A stretch of 41,550 nucleotides of DNA from a virus (taxonomy: Duplodnaviria; Caudoviricetes). Positions 35,233-41,550 of this stretch are shown piece after piece. The stretch's first letter is position 1. Each line of letters starts with the position of its first letter. Location: positions 1 to 41,550 of IMG/VR virus record IMGVR_UViG_3300037991_000803; one strand, given 5' to 3'. A program made the position numbers and the translations under genes. The notes under the pieces were generated by a model. The model saw nothing but the letters and a program-made list of their open reading frames with translations, had not been told where the DNA came from and made no database searches.

Positions 35233-35834
35233 TGGAAGATCAACAATACGTTTTAAGCGATCCAGTAGAAGAGGTGGTAGAAATTGTTCCAGGAACAAAA
35301 AAAACCAAAGATCCATTAACAGAAGGTCAAAAAAGACAAGGTACTTTTGCCGTGCGTATGGAAAGCTCACTAAATCAGATAGAGGCTTTAGAGGATGCTG
35401 GTTTTAATCCAGTTAATTTGTATGACATTATTGTTAATAACTTACCCATCGTACCAGACAGTGTAGAGAGGTTACTTTCTTCTGCTGAATACAAACAATA
35501 TGAAAGAGCAAAAATGGATTTTTCTACAGCTGTCCTAAGACAAGAAACAGGTGCGGTTATCAATGACAGTGAAATTATTTGGATCAATAAAACTTATTTC
35601 CCGGAGTTTGGTGACGATAGACAAACGATTTTAAATAAAAGACAAGCAAGACGAGATGCTCTCGCAGGTATGATTACACAATCTGGAGCTGCTTATGAAA
35701 AGACCAAAAAGGGAGCCATACAAAATGAATACGGGTTTGAATCAGAGCAAGCGCTTGAAGAATTAATAAAAAGATCTGAAACAGATCCAGAATTAAAGCA
35801 AAAATTGGTAGAAAAAGGTTTACTAGATGAGTGA
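35232..35834 (+). CDS. Putative ejection-cluster protein
   Basis: AVLRQETGAVI, YFPEFGD motifs; TAATG coupling. Confidence 0.6.
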   Translation: MEDQQYVLSDPVEEVVEIVPGTKKTKDPLTEGQKRQGTFAVRMESSLNQIEALEDAGFNPVNLYDIIVNNLPIVPDSVERLLSSAEYKQYERAKMDFSTAVLRQETGAVINDSEIIWINKTYFPEFGDDRQTILNKRQARRDALAGMITQSGAAYEKTKKGAIQNEYGFESEQALEELIKRSETDPELKQKLVEKGLLDE

Positions 35835-38274
35835 TAGAAATAACGGATTTGAAAATTTAGAAAACGACGTTTTGTTTTCTATGTTGTCGAGCCCTGGTGA
35901 TTTAGATCTTGGAAGTGGCATGAGCATGGAAGATATAATGATCGAAAGAATTGCTTTACAAAAAGTTAAAGACAATTTAGATCAGACTACAGGAGCTCCA
36001 GCAAATGTGCGATATGCCGTGGGCGCTGCTCAATCACCAGAAGATAAATTGGCTACCCTACAACAATTTTATCCAGATGCTATGCCGGTAGAAATTTTAG
36101 ATCCAGATCTAGGAGCACAAGAGTACGGCCGCGGTAATTATGTTTTTACTAACCCAGATACAGGAAAACTTACTCTGTTCGATGAATTTAACCCAAAATT
36201 TTTAGGCATACCCATACCGACTGGTAGAGATATTTTTTTAGATGCTGGTCCAGAAGTAGCAGAAACAGTTGGCTCAATCGGTGGTTTCATAGGTGGAGGT
36301 ATCGGCGGTGCTTATGCATCTCCCTTTACTGGTGGAGTAGTAAATCCAGTTACCGGTGCAATAGTTGGTGAGGGTTTAGGTAGTGCTTCAGCAAGAGAAC
36401 TATACATTGGTATTGCTGATATTTTTGGAGATACCATTGATACTAGATCGTTAGGACAGCGTGGCACGGATTTTACAACCACTGCTGTTTTTAATGCTGC
36501 TGCTGGCCCGATAATCAGCAAAACTTTTCAAGGTATAAAATATGTAGCTGGACAGCCATTTAGATATATTTCTGGAGGCACCTCTAAAACAGCAAAAGAA
36601 AATGCAAAAGCGTTTGATAGTGTGGGTATTACCAACCCAACCCCAGGACAGATAACAGAAAATCCGTCATTATTATTAATAGAAGAAACTCTTGCTGGTA
36701 TGCCCGCGTCAACCAGAACCATGTACAACAACGCAAAACAAACTGTTGCTCAAATTGATGCTTACGCGAAAGATTTGGCAGGGCGTTACGGCGGTGTAAG
36801 AACAACAGACGAGGCTGCTACAGAGTTGATGCAGGGTGCAAGAAGAGCTAGACAGGTCTATAACAATAAAGTAACAAGTTTGTATAACCAAGTTGATGAG
36901 TTTATGCCATCAAACCTCTCTTCACCCGCAGAAAACACAAAACAATTTGTCAACAAATATTTACCCGCATCAAAAACAGAAACAGGACAAAAAACTTTAG
37001 GACCAGTCATGGAATTGGCTGCCAAGGTGTTGGCAGACGCTGATGCTGGCGTTTTAACTTACAACAACTTAAAACAGTTTAGAAGTTTTCTGCGTGAAAA
37101 CTTGTCCTCTGCCACAGCAGCGGGCGGCAGGCTTGACTCAAACGGCGTAAAAATGAAAGAGCTGTATGGTTACATAACGAAAGATCTTGACGCACTTGTT
37201 GCAAGCTCACCAAGTCCAAGAGCGGGCACTTTATATAGACAAGCCAATGAATTTGTTGCAGAAAACACTAGCAAACAAGGCGGTATGACATACGTTGACA
37301 ATATTCTTGCTAAAGGCGAAGTTGAGGCTAACAAAGCATTAAAATATGTTTTAAGTGGTGCTCAAGATGGTGGAGAAAGTTTGCTCAAATTAAAAAATAT
37401 CTTAGATCCCGATGAGTTTAATGTTATTTCTGGTTATATTTTGGGCAGAATGGGTGTGCCAACCCCAGGCATTAGCTCTGCTGCTGAATTAGGAGCAGAG
37501 GGTGTAATTAAACAAGGATCTGAATACATTGCGGAACAAGGTTTCTCTCCAAGAACATTTATTACCAACTGGAATAGATTAAGCAAAGAAGCAAAAGAAG
37601 CTCTATTCAAAGGAACAGAACATGAAAAACTAATTCCAGAGCTAGATAATCTAGTGCAAGTTATAGATTCGGTTGGAAAGTCTGCTGAAAAAATGGCTAA
37701 TCCAAGCGGAACCGCAAGAGTATTAACCACCATGTCTTATTTTACTGCTGGAGCAGATGCTTTAGGAAAAATACCTGGATCAGAGGGTTTTGAGTTTGGT
37801 TTAAGTGCCTTATTGATGCCTTATGGTGGAGCGAAACTATTTACAAATGCAGATTATGTTAAGTGGCTTACGGAAGGTATAGAAATAGCTGCTTACAATC
37901 CGAACAGTTTTGGGCAGCATGCTAGAAGGCTATATATGATTTATGAGGCTAATCCAGAAATAAGAGATGAGATCCGAGCGGTTACAGAAGGATTACAGCA
38001 TGACACCATAGAGCCTATTGAAAATCAAAATGCAGAAAATGTTCCGCCAGCAACAACGGCTGCTCCTAATGAGCAAGCATTTAGAGAAGTAACGGGCGCA
38101 GAGGTTGCCGGTAAACTATTACCAGATATAGAGTTAGCAGAACAAATTACTGAATTTTCACCACCACAAGTAAGCGATCCAGAAATTATTATGTCCCCGA
38201 CAATTTTACCAGACGAAGCAGATAGAGAAATTGCTATGCGTCAACAAGCTGGTGGTATTGGTTCTCTAGTATAA
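35827..38274 (+). CDS. Large putative DNA ejection protein
   Basis: 815 aa, Gly-rich TM-like segment, TPGQIT, NPSGTA, last large gene of the virion module. Confidence 0.65.
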   Translation: MSDRNNGFENLENDVLFSMLSSPGDLDLGSGMSMEDIMIERIALQKVKDNLDQTTGAPANVRYAVGAAQSPEDKLATLQQFYPDAMPVEILDPDLGAQEYGRGNYVFTNPDTGKLTLFDEFNPKFLGIPIPTGRDIFLDAGPEVAETVGSIGGFIGGGIGGAYASPFTGGVVNPVTGAIVGEGLGSASARELYIGIADIFGDTIDTRSLGQRGTDFTTTAVFNAAAGPIISKTFQGIKYVAGQPFRYISGGTSKTAKENAKAFDSVGITNPTPGQITENPSLLLIEETLAGMPASTRTMYNNAKQTVAQIDAYAKDLAGRYGGVRTTDEAATELMQGARRARQVYNNKVTSLYNQVDEFMPSNLSSPAENTKQFVNKYLPASKTETGQKTLGPVMELAAKVLADADAGVLTYNNLKQFRSFLRENLSSATAAGGRLDSNGVKMKELYGYITKDLDALVASSPSPRAGTLYRQANEFVAENTSKQGGMTYVDNILAKGEVEANKALKYVLSGAQDGGESLLKLKNILDPDEFNVISGYILGRMGVPTPGISSAAELGAEGVIKQGSEYIAEQGFSPRTFITNWNRLSKEAKEALFKGTEHEKLIPELDNLVQVIDSVGKSAEKMANPSGTARVLTTMSYFTAGADALGKIPGSEGFEFGLSALLMPYGGAKLFTNADYVKWLTEGIEIAAYNPNSFGQHARRLYMIYEANPEIRDEIRAVTEGLQHDTIEPIENQNAENVPPATTAAPNEQAFREVTGAEVAGKLLPDIELAEQITEFSPPQVSDPEIIMSPTILPDEADREIAMRQQAGGIGSLV

Positions 38275-38278
38275 GTCT

Positions 38279-38530
38279 ATGGCTCGTAACTACGCCAAAG
38301 AGTATGCAAACTATCACTCGAAACCAGAGCAAATAAAAAGAAGATCTTCACGCAATAAAGCAAGACGTCTAGCCATTAAAATGGGCAAGGCCAAAATAGG
38401 CGATGGTAAAGATATACATCATAAAGATGGCAATCCTTTAAATAATAAAAAAGGTAATTTAAGATCTATGAACAAAAACAAAAACAGATCTTTTGCAAGA
38501 ACTAAGACAGCGCGTAAGAAAAAAGTTTAG
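38279..38530 (+). CDS. Small HNH endonuclease-like protein
   Basis: DGKDIHHKDGNPLNNKKGNLR...NR. Confidence 0.75.
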   Translation: MARNYAKEYANYHSKPEQIKRRSSRNKARRLAIKMGKAKIGDGKDIHHKDGNPLNNKKGNLRSMNKNKNRSFARTKTARKKKV

Positions 38531-38769
38531 TTTGAGGACTCAGAAGCTCGTATCATAGCGCCTACGACCTCATAATCGAAATCATAACCCATATACTTAT
38601 CTTCACCCACAACTACCTCTAGATTGCGCGATATGAGCCTCATAAGGGCTGCTTGTTGATGTAGAGTAAGTCTGCTGAATAGATCTATAACTTCTTGCGC
38701 TTCCAAGACTGGTTGATAAGATTGTGGAACTGCTTTGTCTTTGCTAGACATCTTTTTAAATAGCTTCAT
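38527..38769 (-). CDS. Hypothetical protein
   Basis: 80 aa, coupled to the upstream minus-strand gene. Confidence 0.65.
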   Translation of the reverse strand: MKLFKKMSSKDKAVPQSYQPVLEAQEVIDLFSRLTLHQQAALMRLISRNLEVVVGEDKYMGYDFDYEVVGAMIRASESSN

Positions 38770-38956
38770 TTTCAGCCAAGCTGTTGAGCCTCTTGTGTTC
38801 TTTTTGAATCAACACTTTGAGTTGATCTATCTTAGATCTATGCTCCATTTCACAAATAGATTGCAAAAGATCGTAAGTAGCTGGATCTACAGCTAAACTT
38901 TTTCTGATTTCTTTTCCTTCTCTTTTATCGTTCATATTGTTCGATTCTGTAATCAT
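38756..38956 (-). CDS. Ribbon-helix-helix-like DNA-binding protein
   Basis: RKSLAVDPATYDLLQSICEMEHRSKIDQLKVLI; start 38956 or 38935; TATAAT on the minus strand at 38984-38989. Confidence 0.6.
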   Translation of the reverse strand: MITESNNMNDKREGKEIRKSLAVDPATYDLLQSICEMEHRSKIDQLKVLIQKEHKRLNSLAENEAI

Positions 38957-39011
38957 TTGGTTAATTCTATAACTTTTAGCAGAATTATACAAATAAATAT
39001 TCATTTTTATC

Positions 39012-39020
39012 TGCTATACT
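39012..39020 (+). promoter_or_regulatory. Extended -10 promoter, probably leaderless mRNA
   Basis: TGCTATACT, 7-nt gap, ATG 39028, no SD. Confidence 0.55.
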
Positions 39021-39027
39021 AAATTCC

Positions 39028-39741
39028 ATGTATAGGATTAAAAATCACTTGTTGAGCATGCAGTCACACTGGATGGTGAATCATGCAACATACAAAGCAG
39101 TCCAGGACACTTTACCAGACATAGTAAAATTCAAAGGCAATAAGGGCCTGGAAGATATGGGCAAGACTCCCATACATAAAGTTATAAAAAAAATACATCC
39201 AGAGATCTATCGTGTGCCTTTGTTTCGTCGTAAGTTTTGTTCTTTGTTGATGAAAGAAATAGAACACATGAAAAAAGAAATACCATTTGAAGCCAACGAT
39301 GATGAGGACCAACTGCGCCAGATCCCGGAAATAGTTTTGCGCGAGCATGTCCCGGAGCTGTATCGCAACATGTGGTTTGTTGTGCAAACTGTTTTGAATC
39401 CAATCTTTAATGCTATATGGCAAAGAGATTGCAAAGATCCATCAACGATACAAATTGCTAATTACAATCTTAAAGATAAAAAACAAGGTGCCTGGCACCA
39501 CGATGAAAGCGCTGATATCTCAGTAGTTGTGCCGCTCAATACTGGTAAGTATGAAGGCGGTGGCACCGCGTTTCACAACTATGGTGAGATCGGTCCGTTG
39601 CCAACGGGCCATGCGCTGATCTTCCCGAGTTTTATCAATCTGCATAAGGGCCTCCCGGTCGAAAGCGGTGATCGCTACCTCCTGGTTTTTTGGCTCCATG
39701 ATCGTCAAAGAGTCATAAATCTTTACGAAAATTACCTCTAA
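39028..39741 (+). CDS. 2OG-Fe(II) oxygenase, lysyl/prolyl-hydroxylase-like
   Basis: WHHDE (HxD), PLN..YEGGGT.F, LHKGLPV (distal His), GDRYLLV (Arg); upstream PEIYRVPLF...FC..LM.EIEH. Confidence 0.85.
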   Translation: MYRIKNHLLSMQSHWMVNHATYKAVQDTLPDIVKFKGNKGLEDMGKTPIHKVIKKIHPEIYRVPLFRRKFCSLLMKEIEHMKKEIPFEANDDEDQLRQIPEIVLREHVPELYRNMWFVVQTVLNPIFNAIWQRDCKDPSTIQIANYNLKDKKQGAWHHDESADISVVVPLNTGKYEGGGTAFHNYGEIGPLPTGHALIFPSFINLHKGLPVESGDRYLLVFWLHDRQRVINLYENYL

Positions 39742-39759
39742 AATAACTGTTATTATTGT

Positions 39760-39819
39760 CTGTAAATAGTTGCAAATAGTTGCAACTTATGGCATTATAA
39801 CTATGTGGGAATTTTAATT
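39760..39819 (+). promoter_or_regulatory. Sigma70-like promoter with 10-bp phased repeats
   Basis: TTGCAA 39770 - 17 bp - CATTAT 39793 with extended TG; followed by ATGTGGGAATTTTAATT. Confidence 0.75.
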
Positions 39820-39840
39820 AAAAACGAAAAGGAGGTTGGA

Positions 39841-40065
39841 ATGACTGCGATATATAAATTAGTTGATGAGGTGACTGGTGCTGAGATCAACGCGGGTGAC
39901 AAAAGAAAATGTCACAATTACGATGGCTTGGTTACTGTTACTGGTTGGGAAACCAATGGTAGAAACAGAGTCTACTATGAGTATGAAGATGGTTATAACG
40001 TAAGCATCGAGGGTGGTAAATATGCCGGTGTGATCGGTGGCAAATTAGTAAGGGAGGTAATTTAA
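39841..40065 (+). CDS. Hypothetical early-type protein
   Basis: AAGGAGG SD before ATG 39841. Confidence 0.75.
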   Translation: MTAIYKLVDEVTGAEINAGDKRKCHNYDGLVTVTGWETNGRNRVYYEYEDGYNVSIEGGKYAGVIGGKLVREVI

Positions 40066-40367
40066 TGAAATTAATTACTAAAGAGATCGCTAACAAACTA
40101 GCAAAGAATGTTGGTGATGCAAATGTCGATAAGCCCTGGTTGAAGTTATTTAACCCGGTTGGTAATCAAACTTGGTTAATTACTGAGTATGACGAAAAGA
40201 CTGGCCAAATGTTTGGTCTTTGTGATCTTGGTTTTGGTTTTCCAGAACTAGGTTATGTGAACATCAAAGAACTTGAAGATCTTGATTTACCTTTTGGTTT
40301 AAAGATCGAAAGAGATGCTTGGTGGGAACCAGAAAAAACTTTGGCTCAATATGCGGAGGTAGCGTAA
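40065..40367 (+). CDS. DUF2958-like protein
   Basis: KLFNP..TWLITE..FGLCDLGFGFPELGYV..EL..IERD. Confidence 0.8.
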   Translation: MKLITKEIANKLAKNVGDANVDKPWLKLFNPVGNQTWLITEYDEKTGQMFGLCDLGFGFPELGYVNIKELEDLDLPFGLKIERDAWWEPEKTLAQYAEVA

Positions 40368-40705
40368 TGGTAAAAGGCAACTGTTATGAAAACGCGATTC
40401 ATAAGTTTATGGATCTACAAAAGAGTGGACTTGATGCTGTAATTGTTCATGGTCATGTTGTTGGACAAGGTGCTGATACAAAGGGTAAGAAGTTTGGACA
40501 TGCTTGGGTAGAGGTTGGCAACAAGGTTTATGATGCTGAAACAAACACCACATGGACAAAAGATCTTTACTACCAAATTGGTAAGATTGATGCTGACAAA
40601 ACTTATGAATACGACAAGTATTTAGTGAGCTACTATGTGAGCAAGACTGAACATTGTGGTCCGTGGGAATTAGAAGCAACAGATTTTGAAAAGGAGGTGG
40701 CGTAG
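40367..40705 (+). CDS. Transglutaminase/papain-like Cys-His-Asp protein
   Basis: GNCYENA...VHG...GHAWVE...YD; GGAGG SD. Confidence 0.6.
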   Translation: MVKGNCYENAIHKFMDLQKSGLDAVIVHGHVVGQGADTKGKKFGHAWVEVGNKVYDAETNTTWTKDLYYQIGKIDADKTYEYDKYLVSYYVSKTEHCGPWELEATDFEKEVA

Positions 40706-40944
40706 TGTTAAACACAAAAACCAAAAAAGTCACCGGGTTCTGGGGAGCTGGGATCCCGCTAGACTTCGGTGAGGTTGTCGATGTTTATACTGACAAGACT
40801 GTTGACATCCTTTGGGATGATGGCAGAAAGGTCAATCATAGACTAGACAATATCAAAGTGGGCAACCACGAAAACGGCATAGGTATTTATTGGGGTGTCG
40901 ACAAAGACGCGATACCATTCAGCAGCTATTGGGAGGAAAAATAA
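40705..40944 (+). CDS. Hypothetical protein (SH3-like pattern)
   Basis: AGGAGG SD, GTG start; GEVVDV...VDILWDDG. Confidence 0.7.
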   Translation: MLNTKTKKVTGFWGAGIPLDFGEVVDVYTDKTVDILWDDGRKVNHRLDNIKVGNHENGIGIYWGVDKDAIPFSSYWEEK

Positions 40945-41300
40945 TGAAAGAATTTTGCTTGGTAGCTAGAAGTGGCGATTGTGCTGCTGGCGGTTTAGGA
41001 AAGCATGGTGAGGTAATTCCTTTTGATAATAAACATAAAGGACTCGTAGCCAAGTTTTTAAAAGCTCAATACGCATTAAAAGTCGCCTATGGTTTCATGG
41101 ATTATGAAAAACCTACAACAAGAAAAAAAAGCAATATGTTTTATGATTTGTTTGGAGATCTAAAAGATCTTGGAATTTTCGATCACAAATGGCATGCTAG
41201 AACAGAATGGGAGGTTGAGCCATACTCCGATGGTTGCGTAAAGTGGTTCAATGATGATTACGATTACGGCCCTTTCAAACTAGCCGATCACGTTCAATAA
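40944..41300 (+). CDS. Hypothetical protein
   Basis: GGAGG SD, TAATG coupling. Confidence 0.7.
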   Translation: MKEFCLVARSGDCAAGGLGKHGEVIPFDNKHKGLVAKFLKAQYALKVAYGFMDYEKPTTRKKSNMFYDLFGDLKDLGIFDHKWHARTEWEVEPYSDGCVKWFNDDYDYGPFKLADHVQ

Positions 41301-41550
41301 AGATCTGATAACTCTACAGTTTGGATCCCTTCCACATTGTAGGGTTTGAAGTCGTCATTTGCTTGACATCTAAGCAATAGATCTAACGCTTGCTCATTTC
41401 TTTTGCGAGCATACAACAAGGCTTCATCCGATAAGGTATAAACGACATAAGGATATGGATCTTGTTTTTCTTGGGCCAGAAACTTAAAACCTTTGGCGGT
41501 CAAGCCTAACTCCCGACAAGCATCGACATAAAGTGCTGCTTGCATGTGAT
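41294..41550 (-). CDS. PD-(D/E)XK exonuclease VIII/RecE-like, C-terminal part (partial)
   Basis: HMQAALY...FKFLAQEK..PY; runs off the window end. Confidence 0.75.
   Translation of the reverse strand, partial: HMQAALYVDACRELGLTAKGFKFLAQEKQDPYPYVVYTLSDEALLYARKRNEQALDLLLRCQANDDFKPYNVEGIQTVELSDLY

Noticed and set aside
435-37733. Many short minus-strand ORFs inside + strand genes
   Set aside because: Antisense shadows of well-supported, tightly tiled genes
1-41550. tRNA, rRNA, integrase or transposase
   Set aside because: None recognisable; intergenic gaps are short and explained by promoters, terminators and hairpins

Overview
AT-rich fragment of a tailed dsDNA phage, probably podovirus-like. 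Spanins and outer-membrane lipoproteins point to a Gram-negative host; a marine origin is inferred from the gene families. Almost all genes are on the + strand. Order: partial tail fibre with S74 chaperone, 2OG-Fe(II) oxygenase, small holin-like genes, then a 7-gene module (two paralogous membrane proteins, CsgF, CsgG, curlin-like secreted protein, FecR-domain protein, CHASE2 class III adenylate cyclase), spanins, thermonuclease, lysozyme, TerL, portal, GroES-like, scaffold-like, capsid genes, an inserted early-type cassette with a HAD nucleotidase, basic proteins, head-tail and tail genes, putative ejection proteins (one with about 270 aa of Lys-Pro repeats), HNH, RHH, a lysyl-hydroxylase-like oxygenase, a second early-type cassette and a partial PD-(D/E)XK exonuclease. 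The best candidate for a new system is the curli-secretion/FecR/adenylate-cyclase module nested in the lysis cassette. Also notable: a two-hairpin RNA whose loop is antisense to a ribosome-binding site 7.9 kb upstream, a duplicated promoter/operator design, and short peptide motifs shared among virion proteins. All family calls come from reading motifs by eye; no database search was run.
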